Assembly (NCBI GenBank): GCA_013239625.1
Contig: MU053513.1
Coordinates: 1,290,927 to 1,354,926, forward strand
Direction: 5' to 3'
DNA length: 64,000 bases
From: Lama guanicoe
Lineage: Eukaryota
Part shown: positions 12,050 to 24,966 of the stretch, piece after piece
Position numbering within the stretch: the first letter of the stretch is position 1
How the letters are laid out: the number at the start of each line of letters is the position of its first letter
The notes under the pieces: generated by a model
What the model saw: only the letters and a program-made list of their open reading frames with translations
Databases searched by the model: none
What the model was told of the DNA's origin: nothing
Made by a program: the position numbers and the translations under genes

Positions 12050-12510
12050 TAATCATTTTACTTTTACTTCAATGGTATCTCCTCTATATACTTATTTTGG
12101 TCTGTTTTTTTCTTCCTTTAGCAGCATACTAAAATATTATAATTCTTTCTCATGTCAAGAAACATTTTTCAGAACCTGGCTGCATAGAATTCTACTAAAT
12201 AGATGTGCTTTTTTTAACCATGTTGGTTGACATATAGTTGACAAAAGTTGATGCTTTTTATCGGAGTCTCTGATTATTTCCTTTCCATAATTCCCTAAAA
12301 GTGAAATCACTGAGCCAAAATGTGTACACGCATTAAGGCTTTGATAGCGTTAACAAATTGCCCTCCAAAAAGGTGCTAACAATTTTTCGTCCCATGAACC
12401 TCTTCTCTTCCCCTCTGCCAGCACTGAATATTATCACACTTCAGTGAAATAAGTTGAATTTTTTTTCACATTTTCAATATTACATTTATTCTTGGGTATT
12501 TTTCTTGTTA
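12050..12510 (-). mobile_element. Old L1 (L1ME-like) fragment
   Basis: ttatttcctttccataattccctaaaagtgaaatcactgagccaaaa...aaattgccctccaaaaagg antisense ORF2-end motifs. Confidence 0.65.
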
Positions 12511-12517
12511 CTATTAT

Positions 12518-12606
12518 TTTTTAACATTTTTTATTGAGTTATAGTCATTTTACAACGTTGTGTCAAATTCCAGTGTAGAGCACAACTTTTCAGTTATACG
12601 TGAATA
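12518..12606 (-). mobile_element. Very short young L1 tail
   Basis: ttttattgagttatagtcattttacaacgttgtgtcaaattccagtgtagagcac; reverse-complement match to 39805-39880. Confidence 0.85.
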
Positions 12607-15403
12607 ATTTTTTAAAAATTAAATAATTGTACCTAGTTGGGTAGGCCACTGCTTGGGAAAGAAATACTGCTTATTGAGTCAACATCTTCCGGGCTCCACA
12701 GGGTTTTTGTTTGTTTTCTGTTTGTTTTTCAAAGAACATGGCTGCCTTAAATAGCTGGTTATCTGCTTATCTCAAAGAGAACAACTTTCTGGATACTACC
12801 ATCCTTCATAGAGTTTTCTGGCCAAAGTAAATTGCCCAAAAAGCAAAGAAATGTTTGCTTCCTTGGACCTGTTTCTGGATTCTACACCAGTCACTTCAAG
12901 TGTTGCAACTCACTTCTTTTTGCCAAAATCAGCTCATTCACCGAATGTTTTTAAGTAGCTATGGTTGAGATGGTGTTCGCATTTTGCCCACCTCCCCTTT
13001 TTAGAAACATAAATTTCAAAAATTATTACCTGTTAGGCTTAGGGTCTCATGCTTTTGCTGAGCCTGAGGGTGAACGGGTTTTTGGTTTTGTCTGGGGTTT
13101 ATTTCGGGGGGATTTTTGTTGTTGTTTTTCAGTCTGTGCTTGCTTTGAAAAGTTTGTAAATCCGTTTAGTTCTTCCCAAGGATCAGATAACCAAATCAAC
13201 AGAAGTGCCATCTTTGACAGCATGGTTATTAAAATCCTGTACTTTTTTTTGGTTGGTCTACTGGATCTTCCCTTTTTTAAATACTACTACAGGGAACATA
13301 TAAGATGATTGATTCCACTCACATTATTATAAAAATAAAGGTGAAAAGACACAAAATAGGCAATTGGTTTTAGCTAACTGAATACATTTAGAGAAAAGTG
13401 TGCTTAATGTGTATAACAGACTTAAAACTTATTTACTTGGGTTTCTCAAAATTACCATAAAGTAGAATTTCCTCTCCTCACTCTCCTATTATTTTTATTT
13501 TACTTGAAGCATGTTATAGTATAGAGGGTAATGTAGTATAAAGAAAGGCATGGTAAATGCAGAGAGGGAGAAATCCATATATTACTATTACTGTGTAGTC
13601 TTTTTAATTTTAATGTTTGCTTAGGGATAATGAAAATCTCATTCTAATGTTGCATTAAAAATCATTTTTTCATTCACATTTCATTGCTCTCATACAAGAT
13701 CCATTTGGGATAAGGCAAACGGAATGGAATTTTGCGTTAATTAACCTGGAAGAGTGATGCCTCATGAATGGTTTTCAGGTTCAATTACGTGCTCCAGGCT
13801 GTGTCTCCACCATAGTTTGGTCTAGTGATACAAAAGGTAAATGACTAAACAGTTGTACTTCCTGAGAATCCTGGACTGAGCGATAATGTTAAATCAGGAA
13901 ATGAACTGCACAATTCATGAGGCTCCTTAGGATTTAGGTTGACTCTAATAGCTCAAAAAAAATTCATTTCAGTTTCGAAGTGTGTTTTTTGCACACATCC
14001 TTTTTTTTTTTTTTTCTTTTTTGGCCTGGACTTCCCTTGTCTGATGTCTTAAGAAGAGATATGGATAATCTTTTTGCTTGAGCAAATAATTTTGGATACC
14101 TTAGGGAGAACAAGTTATTTGCTAGTTGGGCTCAACATAATGATTAATAATGCCATCTCTGCAAACGGTGGGGACCAGTTCCTGCAGGAAAAAGCTTCAC
14201 CTTGGCAGTTTAAGGTTTGGACTGATACTATACAGCTCTTTTCTCTCTCCCACTTTGTCTCTTCCCTAACCAATACCAAAGGACAAAATGCAGGAAACCC
14301 ATGGAGAGAGTCCCTCTCTGGGCATCAGCTGAACACACCCACACCACCTCGGGATGCCTGCCCTCCAATCTCATGGTTAAAAGACTTGGCAGCTTTGGTA
14401 ACCAGACCATGACCGAGTGGCAAACAAATGGGAAGTTGGAAATGTCCTTTACTTAAAAATAGGAATATAGTCATGGTCAAAATTGCCATCAGTTTTACTG
14501 ATACGTGTCACCTTCTAGATTGACAAGGTTATTCTTCAGGTGGAACACTGATGGTTCAAAAGTTGGTTCCCACTGGGAAATTCAAGAGAGATGGAGAAGC
14601 AGGCTGAGCAGTTACCTCTGGAATAAATATGCCTGAGGCATACTCTGAGGGCAGGAAAAGAATCTCCATGAAAATGAACAAGACTTGAAGTACTTTCTCT
14701 TTAAGGCAGGAGATAAAATTAAATGATTTAATAGTGAATCCATGATTTTCTTAAATCACATAGTGATCATTTTAGAGGCAAACATTTATTTAAATACTCT
14801 GAATTTCCTTACAATCCGATTTCTCAATTACTTTCTGATTTAAGCAATTTCTTAAGATCCTTAACATTATTTACCAATGGTACATATTTTATTCAATCTC
14901 TTACGAAACTGCAGAATTGATACTATCTATAATCTGCTCTGGACTCAGGAGTCACAGTGGGAATGGGGCGGAATCCCCCCAGAGCTCTTTTGCCAGGTCC
15001 TTCCAACCAGCCCCACAACCTCAAGCAGAGCTGACTGAGCCAGACATGTATCAATACAAATCAAACATTGCAAGAGACTTGGCAAGTCTTCGTGTGTTGT
15101 CTGAACATTTTCCACTAGACAACGCCAACTCCGCCACCACTTAGCTACTCCTATTCTACTTGCAATCAAAACTCCAACATCTGGAAAGAATAATCATAAT
15201 TTTTCACATGTTAGTCCTTAAGGGCTCATGAGAGTAAAGAAAATCAGAAGTCCCCCTCCAAGGATGTCTAAGTCACTTAGAAAGTTAAGTTGTGAAAAAT
15301 CGCCTTTCTTTCCCTTGCATTTGTAGTTAAAGAGGGTGAGCAAAGTTAAATATGCACAGGGTGCTGTATTTTATTGGCATTTATAATGTTGTATAACTCT
15401 TAC

Positions 15404-15532
15404 AGATTCTACGGGCATTTGAGAGAGTATTTTCCCAGTAAACCCTTTAAATGCTAGCTTCAGGGTAAGGTCGTTCTTGCGTGTTAAATCCTCTGAAGCC
15501 TTAAATGACTCTGGATCTTGGTGGTGTTCACA
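15404..15532 (-). other. Candidate 129-nt exon (phase 0 open: CEHHQDPESFKASEDLTRKNDLTLKLAFKGFTGKILSQMPVES)
   Basis: Acceptor ctctttctgttgcctattgctgctttccag| and donor TCT|gtaaga. Peptide not recognised. Confidence 0.25.
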
Positions 15533-15559
15533 CTGGAAAGCAGCAATAGGCAACAGAAA

Positions 15560-15775
15560 GAGCAAAGATTATGGGATCAGCCAGGCCTGAGTTTCAGTCC
15601 CAGCTCTACTTGGTTACCCTGGGCCAATTATTGAATTTTCAGGACCTAGGTTTCCTCATCTGTAACAGAGGGCTAGTGGGGATAACCTTGCAATTTCAAG
15701 AAAATTAAAAGGAACACTCTACAATCTAGCATAGTGCCTAGGACATAATAGGTGCTCAATAAGTGTTAGTTGAAA
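15560..15775 (+). mobile_element. MIR SINE
   Basis: agccaggcctgagtttcagtcccagctctact...tttcctcatctgtaaca...ataataggtgctcaataagtgttag. Confidence 0.8.
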
Positions 15776-16829
15776 GAAAATTAAATGGAAAATCTGCAAT
15801 GTACCAAACCCCTAAGGTTCCTTGGAAAATTAATGAAGAGGACTGGGGTATGATGTCAAGATTAGTACGCTAAGCATGACAAAAAGCTGCCCCAGTCTGG
15901 GTAGGAAACACCCACCAAAATATAGGAAACTCACTCTAAAGTAAAAGGATATCAAAAGACTCAGAGGCAGCTCCAAATTGATCACTGCTGGAGAGTGATG
16001 ACTGAGTTCTGCAGGGGAGCAGCCCATCCAATGTCCTCAGTTACCTTTTGTGAGTCCCAAATCTAGTTCCCTGGGGGAAAATATTCCCCAGTTTGGAGAA
16101 CTGGGCCACCAACACTGCTCTAAGAGCAGTGGCAGAAGTGGAGATACTGACAGACAGCAGCCCTGGGGTCAAGGCATTAAGAACAGGGCAGTAGCAGTAG
16201 CAGAAATCACAGCTCACAGCCAGAGGGGGTCAGGACCCATAGGCTAGAGCCAAAGAGGGACCAGAGATACCACCTGGTAGAATCAGAGCACAAACCATCA
16301 CTACGGCCACCCATGCCCTCGGTTAACTTGCACACAAGGACTACAGAGAGGAATCCTGTTTTATGCGGTCAATATTTATGCAGTCCAGAATAGAAGCCAT
16401 GACGGGTTCTACTTCTGATATGGCTATAATTTTGTGGAAAAGAAAGTAATTCTATGGAATTTTTGCTGTAAATAAAAGACAAAATGGATATGAATGGACA
16501 GAGATGAAAATGTAAACATACCTGATCCCAGCACTTTCTTAATTCTTTTGAAACAAGCCCTTCACAGATCTAATTCCTTGACTGTGGGTTGAATATATTC
16601 ACTTGCCCTAAATGCTCCACAAAGTAGTTCCAAGTTGATAATGAGATTGTGTACTTAGAAGCTCTTAGAAAGGTGCACAATTTTGTTCTTGTTTTGGGAA
16701 ACGAAAGCAATTGGCTACGAAGTAGGACGGAGGAAGCTTCAGCATTGGAGATAATTTAAGCTTCATTTACACTCAGTTTAGAACCCTCAAGGACCTTGTC
16801 GTCTAGCCTGGGAGATTGACATAAAAATA

Positions 16830-17225
16830 ACTATAATAAGTTATGTAGTGGATGAGCAGACAAATTGTTACAGAAAAAAACACAGTGAATTATGCTTGGG
16901 AGGTCACTGAAGAAGTGACATGGAAGTAGGGGTTTGCCAAAAGAATGAGTGTGGAGAATGTGTGTGCACAGGTAGGAGGGGCAGGACCCTCCAGGTAAAG
17001 GGAACCATGGGAGCAAAGGCAGAGAAGCATGAAAGCACATGATATGTTTGGGAATCAGCAAGTATTCTTGTTGGGCCGCAGCCTAAGACAAGAAAAGGGG
17101 CAGAAACTGGAAAATTAATCTAGGTTCAGAGTGCAAAGCCGTACTAAGGAATTTGACCTTTATTCATTAGGCAACAAGAACGTCAGTCAAGGTTGTTAAG
17201 CAAGGAGACTGACATAATCAGATCC
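16830..17225 (-). mobile_element. L2 fragment
   Basis: ccaggtaaagggaaccatgggagcaaaggcagagaagcatgaaagcacatgatatgtttgggaa...taaggaatttgacctttattcattaggcaac. Confidence 0.7.
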
Positions 17226-17789
17226 CTGTTTCCGGGCCCTCACCCGAGCAGCAGTGAGCAAAACAAATTGGAGACAATTACAAAGGGCCTCCTCTTTATT
17301 GCCAAATATGTGTCACTCAAGGGCTTTGCTCCAGGAGGCCGGGAAGAGCGGTGCCTTGTTCATCTCACTGGACTCACAGTGCCTAACACAGTGCTTGGCT
17401 TACGGCTGGGCTTTGTTTGTGAAGTTAATTCACTACCACTGGACTGTGGAGAGTTTTCACAGATGTGCTGTAACCTTATTTAACCCCCCATGCTGCAATT
17501 TGTGACACCATTTTCACATATTTATATCCTAGTCATCTTTGGATCCCCAACACCTGGCTCACTCTCTAGCATACAGTAGGAGCCCAACAAGTCCTCGTGA
17601 ACTGGACTGAACACAGGATCATGCACAAGACCCGTCCGAATGGACTCAGGGAACGTGAGTACTGTTGACCTTCAGCAAAGCTAAGGTGTCTAACCTGAAT
17701 TTGCAAAACAGGTAGGTCAGCTCCTGAAAAGTGAAATAGTCATCCTCCAAAAACCATATACATGTTTTGGCAGAGTGACTTATTTAATT

Positions 17790-17935
17790 AGTTAGTTAGT
17801 TTGTTTTTTGGGGGGGTGCTGGGGAGGGAGGTAATTAGGTTTACTTATTTATTTTAAGAGGAGGTGCTGGGGATTGAACCCAGGACCTCATGCATGCTAA
17901 GCATGTGCTCTACCACTTGAGCTGTACCCTCCCCT
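17790..17935 (-). mobile_element. Camelid tRNA-derived SINE (Vic-1-like)
   Basis: Reverse complement of ggggagggtacagctcaagtggtagagcacatgcttagcatgcatgaggtcctgggttcaatcccc (Pol III A/B boxes) with 'aacctaattacctccc' tail. Confidence 0.9.
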
Positions 17936-18950
17936 GCATATACATATGTTTACCAACATGTGCACCATGAAATACAAAAATGAGACAAATCAGTTAACCA
18001 GACAATGACAGAAGCTCGTTACTGACCCAGTGGACTTCCAGAAGCAAATGAGCACACTGTTTTAATTTCCAAATTGTGATGAAAATATTAAATTTAGAGG
18101 GAAAAAATCAGTGTTTATGAAAATAATTATTAGTAATATTAATTGCCATTATGGTAAGTTAAAAATGGGCTAACAGTAATTTCATGTAGATCAAGCTAAG
18201 TTCTATTCAATACAAGTCTATCATGTTTTTTGAATAACATGACAATGTGTCCAGATGAATTCAAGGACAAGAAAAAAATAGACACTTGTCTTTCTTGCTG
18301 TATGTGTGAAACAAAATTAACTAAGTTAAGAAACTTATTACACATTGAATCCTAAAATGTATTAGCAATGTTAGGTAGATTAAGATGCCAAGACAAATTT
18401 TATTTGTCGTAAAGATTTTTTTTAACTTTTTAAACTTTTGATAAAATATTTATGCAAGCTAACAATTCTGTTATTTTTACATGGGACTTTATCCAAAAGC
18501 CAAAAATGGGAACATGCCATCAAACCAATTTTCCACCATTATATAGAATAACAGAACCGAATTTTTCTGCTGAATTCAGTCAAATTTATTTGCATGTGTA
18601 GACACAACCATATTGGGCAAGTAACTTGCAAATGTTATTAATCAAGACTTACTGAATACCAAAATGCGTTGCCCCAGAAGGCAATTGACTTGGCAAACAA
18701 ATGAGATAATTTATAAACAAATAGAGCTTAGTAGTCCAAGAGTTGCTGCTGGAACAAAGAACAACCCATTAGTTTAAAAAAACATATAAATACCATGCCA
18801 GGGAAAGAGGATTTGATTGGTTATAAGAAGTGTTTTCAACATTCAGGAAGAGACAAGTTAACTATGAGAAAATAAGAGCAAACAGCACACAAGTCCCATG
18901 GGGAAAAAGGGAAAGCAAAAATGACCGTAACCAAGAGGTATCCTCCCCAC

Positions 18951-19422
18951 TGTCTTAGCCAGCCGGGACTGCTGTAACAAATACCTTAGACTGAGTTGTT
19001 TAAAAAACAGATGTGTGTTTCTCACAGTTCTGAAGCATGGGAAGTCCAAGATCAGGGTTCCAGTGGATTCCGTGTCTGGTGAGGGCCCCTTACTTGGCTT
19101 GCAGATGGCAGGCTTGTAGCTGTGTCCTCACATGGTCTCTCCTCAGTGCCAGCACACACAGGGGGAGAAAGAGCTCTCTCTTCCTCTTCTTCCAAGGCCA
19201 CCAATCCCATCATAATGGTCCCACACTCATAAACCAATCTAAACCTAATTACTTCTCAAAGGTCCCGCTTCCAAATACCATCACACTGGGGATTAGAGCT
19301 TCAACACTGAAATTCTCAGAGAATTGCTATGCCGTACACCTGAAATTAACACAGCATTGTAAGCCGACTATATTGCAATTAAAAAAAAAATCTGAGAGGA
19401 CACAAACATTCAGTCCATAACA
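18951..19422 (-). mobile_element. MaLR solo LTR (MLT1A-like)
   Basis: Starts tgtcttag...gctgtaacaaatacc and ends ggacacaaacattcagtccataaca. Confidence 0.85.
19320..19390 (+). mobile_element. About 70-bp L1 tail inserted into the MLT1A LTR
   Basis: gccgtacacctgaaattaacacagcattgtaagccgactatattgcaatt(a)n, flanked by aaattctcagag / aaaatctgagag. Confidence 0.8.
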
Positions 19423-19769
19423 CCCCTAATTCTCTGAATTTCACCAGGAGCAATTCTTTCTGTCATATTAAGTTCCACTACCTTCTATCAAGAAGATCTT
19501 TGAGAAATACATGCCTGGAAGGGATATTACCCTACATGGAAGAGGCTAGAGGCTATATGTGAGGACACAGAGTTTCTATGTTAAGGACATAGGAGTGAAA
19601 TGCCAATGGGCATAAAAGAGAACTTAGGGTCACTGAAGACAATGAACTGACTTTCCATCACCAACACTGACATCGACACTGTCATAAAGACAACATATAC
19701 CCAAAATATTCCAACCAATTCCTAACCAATGCATTATGTAACTCAGGAAGCAACCATTTGAGGAATCTG

Positions 19770-20215
19770 CAGTGTGGTCTGTCTTCTTACCACGTACTCG
19801 TGCACCCATTAAAAATTACTTCTTTGTTTGCTATAGTCTTGTGGGTTCCATGGACACAAGCCTTTCTGACTTCAGAGCGAGGTGTTTGGAGAGCCCATCC
19901 TTCTGGTGGGAGTCTTGAAGCCGGGGCCCAGGATATGGAGTCCAAACCCTTTGCTCCTCAGAGAGAAGCTGGGAGTTGGGGGCCCTCCCAGTGGCATAGT
20001 GCTCTGCTGGTTGTGAGCAAAAGCATGCCTCAGCCTCTCCTTCATGTTTCTACGTGGGTATTTTCTCAGGCGTCAAATGTGTAGGAGTCATGCAGCTAGT
20101 TTCTGGATCCCTTCCAGAGAGAACCACTCCATGCATGGTGGCGCATACAGTGTTCAGGGGAAGAACGGCCCTGCGGAGCCTCCTGTGTGGCCATCGTGGA
20201 TGACTCTGTGCGGAC
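19770..20215 (-). mobile_element. Isolated L1/HAL1-type 5' UTR fragment (Laurasiatherian type)
   Basis: tccaaaccctttgctcctcagagagaagctgggagttggg...gtgtaggagtcatgcagctagtttctggat...gagcctcctgtgtggccatc resembles the antisense L1/HAL1 5' end. Confidence 0.7.
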
Positions 20216-20559
20216 TCCAGCATGAGACATTAACAAAATCAGGTATTTTACCAATAAAAAGAGTAAAAAGTAGTTTCCCCAACAAACCACTTTTCACATA
20301 CTTGAATTTTTCTGGTAATATGGCATGCTGTATTTTTTCCTTTTTTAACTGAATTGAAAATTGAAAAAAATAAACATTTTTAAAATATAGAAAGAATATT
20401 CAACCATAGTACCCTATTAAAGATAATTAGAATTAACATTTCAATGTATTTTCTTTTGGTTCTTCCCCTATTTATTTTTTAAATATAAATATGAGTCCAG
20501 ATTTTTCTGACTCCCAAGTCAAATACCATTGCAGTGAATGTGCAGAAGATTTTTATTTT

Positions 20560-21070
20560 TCTCTGTTATTTGTTCTTTAAATATAATTTCCTTAGGGCAT
20601 ATTTCCAAGAGAGGGAGAAGATGAAGCCAGGAACGGGCCACTAATAAAGTATGGGTCAAAACATGATGTGTACTACCGATTTGTCTTTCAAAAATGTCTT
20701 TCACTATCTTCTTAAATATTAGAATATTATCACTTTTTTAATCTTTATGAGTCTAATAGGTAAAAATGAAGCCATGTTATTACCTTAGTTTTTGTTTATT
20801 TGATTATTAGCTGTACCAAAGATTATTCCACATGTTTACTGGTCATCCATGTTTCTTTTTTTAAGGAATTTTTTCTGTTCGTGCCCTTTAACCATCCACT
20901 ACTGAGATCTCAGAACTTCTATCATCAGTTTCTATACACTTTGTGTATATTAAGAAGAATACTGCTTTATCATATTTGTTATATCTTCCTATTTTTATCT
21001 ACTTTTAAATTTTTATTATGTTCTTTGAGTACATAAAAATATTTTAAATACTTGTGTATTCAAATTTGTA
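20560..21070 (-). mobile_element. Old L1 (L1ME-like) fragment
   Basis: atttccttagggcatatttccaagag..., ttccacatgtttactggtcatccatgtttc... Confidence 0.6.
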
Positions 21071-22577
21071 GAACTCCCATTTTCTGGCACAATATATTTC
21101 AAAAAAGAAACTTTACCTTACCCCCAGCTCTTTAGGAGTCAAACAATAAAAGCATGGTCTTGACATATGTAATGTGAGACCTTGTTTTCTTCAGCTGGGA
21201 AAGAGTAATAAATCCTAAGATATGACCTCTGCAGGATGAGGTTCAAATAGAAGAGTCCAAAGCATGGGATAGAATAACAGCCATCTTCCCAGATCAGTCG
21301 GTTAACAAAGAGGAATCACTCAAAACCAGAGAAAAATGCATGTCTAGTACTTTCCAAATCTAAGAATCTCACCACTACTTTTTCTGGGAAATCTTACCCT
21401 TCCCAAAGACCACAAACCACTTCTAGCCCTTCATAATAGAAGAGAAATTATGCCAACCAAGCTCTGAAATTCACAGTATATAAATACAAGATAATAATCA
21501 CAGTAGCACAACCACATACCACTATCAATATGCTTATTCAATTGATTACCAAGAAGAAAACAAAGCTATTCTAGAGAAAAAGTCATTTCATTTTTCCATC
21601 TGAAATATCCTTCTGCCTTCTCCTCTGTTACCTCCACTTATTAAAATTATTCAATATCCAAATCATTGCTCCTTCTGTCAATTTTTCCATGATCGCTCTG
21701 TTAAATATAATATCCCCTTTTCAATACCTTGTTGTGTATCCCACCCATGTGGCTCTATCCTAGAACCTTATTTTATAGTTTTTTCTACACTTGGCTTAAC
21801 CCACTCCTTCTTATCACACACACCATTACCATCATCACCAGCTTCATCAATACTAGGTTGCAGCAATGACATCATATAAACTTTCATAGTCCTTGACCAT
21901 AGTAAATACTCATAAAATACTTTCTGTTTATGTGAACAAACAAAATTTTAATGCACGTTTTCTTTTGCTACCTTCTCAAGCATCTAAAGCAGAAAAACAA
22001 ATTTAGAAAATGACAAAACAAATCCTTTAGGACAAATAGTTCCCTTGGTAAGTTTCTGTGATCACAGTCACTGTTAAGTTACTATTAATCATAAAAGGAT
22101 TCAGGGACAGATTTCACCTTTAGTCCTATATCTGCTTTAGGAGTGTACTCCACTTTACTACGGTGAATTTACAGAGAAGAAAAAAATTCTATAGAGATGA
22201 GCTATAGAACAAACATATAGGTGAAAGGACTCACTCACCTTAGTAAGTGTTTGAAATGGACATGCACATCTCTCAACCTTTCCCTGATCTTTAATCTTGC
22301 TTGTCATTGACCCTTTTTAAGCCTTGAAGCTAGGTGACTCCTCTGTCCTATACCTAGATCACACCTTATTGCAGCTTTCTGTGTCTTTTAAGAAGCAGAG
22401 TTCTCTTCTGATTCTGGCCAGGTTCCCAGGCCCTTCTTATTTTAGGTTCTATGCTTCTAGAAGTCAATAGAACTTTAATTCTCCTTTATACTTCCTGAAA
22501 AGATTCTCTATTTAATGACCTTATGAGCCCACTCAGCTTACCTGATTATTTATTCTTCTTTAAATAAATATTTATTA

Positions 22578-23530
22578 AATGGGAGAAGATATATGCAAAT
22601 CATATATCTGGTAAGAGTTAATATTTTGTTGTTGTTGTTGAGTTGTTGGAGTTCTCTGTATATCTCAGACATTAACCCTTTATCAGATGTATGATTTGCA
22701 TATACCTTCTCCCATTCCATAGGTTATCTTTTTGTTTTGTTGATGATTTCCTTTGCTGTGCAAGAGCTTTTTAGTTTGATGCAATCTCTCTTGTGTATTT
22801 TTGCTTTTGCCTAAGGAGTGATATCTAGAAAGAAATTGCTAAGAAAGACGTCAAAGAGCATACTGCCTAATTAGCTGTTGGTGGGAATGTAAGTTGGTGC
22901 AGCCACTATGGAAAACAGTATGGAGATTCCTCAAAAAAACTAAGAATAGACTTACCATATGATCCAGTTATCTCACTTCTAGGTATTTATCCAAAGAATG
23001 CAAAAACTCTAATTCAGAAAGATATATGCACCCATTACAGCATTATTTACGATAGCCACAATATGGAACCCATCAATGGCTGAATGAATATGTGGTGTGC
23101 GTGTGTGTATCCATCAGTGATGGATATGACTGAATGAACATGTGAAATGAAATACTACCCAGCCGTAAAAAAATGAAATATTGCCATTTGTGACAACATG
23201 GGTGGACCTTGAGGGTATATGTTAAGTGAAGTAAATAAGAGAAAGACAAATACCATATGATTTCACTCATATATAGAATATAAAAACCAAACAAACAAAA
23301 AAAAACAAAATAAATGAACAAACCAAACCAAACAAAAACAAACATATAGATACAGAGAACAGAGTAGTTACCAGAAGAGAGGGGGGCAGGGGGAGGGCAA
23401 AATGAGTAAAGGGTCGGTTGTGTGATGACGGATGGACATTTTTGCTGGTGAGCACACTGCAGTGTATACATATAAGGTTGTACACATGAACTTATATGTT
23501 ATAAACCAATGTTACTTCAATAAAAATTTT
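22578..23530 (+). mobile_element. L1 insertion with 5' inversion (antisense 22625-22869, sense 22873-23530) inside an L2 end
   Basis: Antisense ORF2 segment (gatttcctttgctgtgcaagagctttttagtttgat) abuts sense gctgttggtgggaatgtaagttggtgcagccactatgg running to caatgttacttcaataaaa. Confidence 0.85.
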
Positions 23531-23784
23531 TGTAAATATATTTACTGAGTATCTGCTACATGCTCAGTACTAGAGAAACAACGGTAGGTATGGAGACACA
23601 GTTCCTCTCTCAGCAGACCTAAGAGTGATGAGAAAGGTGTACAATTAACAACTCTAACAAGAAGAGTTAGTGAAAAATCAATTAATGCCTTAATTTTTTA
23701 ATTTATATATTAAAAGATATAGAAATATATAGATTTGGGGGGTTTTGCTTCTGTGGACTCACTGGCAAAACTTATGTTGATCTT

Positions 23785-24410
23785 CCTGTCACAGGAGCAG
23801 ACCTCTATGTTCCAGAGCTTGTAGTTCCTTACCTAGGGAGCTTGACTGATGCTTATTTGAATTTTCAGGCCAAGGAAGAAAACCAAGCCAGGTGAGCTGA
23901 GAGGGTGTTAGACACAGAAACTGATGCTCTGCAGAGAAGGGGCAATGGTCCAAAACCAAAATTCAGAGTAGGGGATGGCCATGGAAAGAGTAAGGAGGGG
24001 AAAAATAGAGGTGATTATGGCCAGTTCACATCCAACACCCTGGATGTGGCAGGACACTTAGGTGAATGTCAGCAATGAGCACCTTGGCTTCAAAAGACTG
24101 AATGTGAAGTCAGTGGATAACCCAGAAGGGTCTCTTCGAAAGGACCACATGGAGTCTAGAACAAGAGCCTCTCAGAAGTGACCATGACTAACCCCTGGCC
24201 TCTCCCCCATTTTTCCTGTGCCGCAAAAGCCCCAGGGCTCTGACTCAACCCAAAGGAGAAGGAAGGAATCTCAAAAAATATCTGAAATCATACCTCTTGC
24301 CAACCTTGGAACAAGAACTGAAAGCCAGACTTTAACAGAGAGAAATATGATATTTCTTACACCCTACACGTCACAAACAATTCACAATCAATTATTATAC
24401 AAGTAATTAC
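23785..24410. mobile_element. Possible ancient LTR remnant, family unresolved
   Basis: Purine-rich LTR-like composition; no diagnostic consensus recognised. Confidence 0.25.
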
Positions 24411-24940
24411 AACAAATTGTGAGAGTGATCTAAGTCTCCGGTCCTGCCTGGTCCATCCCAGAGGTTCTCTAAGTCGTTCTCTCTCCCGCTCCTGAGTCCT
24501 ATTTCTTCATAACTCTACCCTCACCAGTCTCATTAGTCCATGCAGCTGTCCAAATTTATTTCTGCCAGTCCCAGGATGTATATGTTTTTTTAGCCTCTTC
24601 TCTATATTTACTTAGAGAATCCCATGCGAAAACACGTTTCTGCAGTGTGGGGTGGAGATGGGGCTGAGACAGGACGTGTTCAGGACCACGTGGAGCTGGC
24701 CGTCCTGATAGACTAGGGCCGCAGGGGCGCGCAGAGGGGCCACCCCTCGTCAGGGCGTCAGACTGATTGTTCCCTGGGAGGGGAGGGGTGCCAGGTATGA
24801 GCTGGGGAAGGGAGTTGAGAGAGCCAGGGGCAGGCGTCCTTCAGTGGGGCCCCAGGACAGATTTTTAAACACTCGTCAGTTCCTTCTTCCTGCCCTGGTA
24901 CAGTGTCCCCTCGTCCATTAACAGAATTGATAAACAACTC

Positions 24941-24966
24941 TGTGTTGTTGTTGTTGTTGTTGTTTT
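24941..24966. repeat. (TTG)n microsatellite
   Basis: tgtgttgttgttgttgttgttgtttt. Confidence 0.9.

Noticed and set aside
17860..17935. tRNA-like A/B boxes here and at 30365, 60200 and 62450
   Set aside because: Heads of tRNA-derived SINEs with AT-rich tails and TSDs, not tRNA genes.
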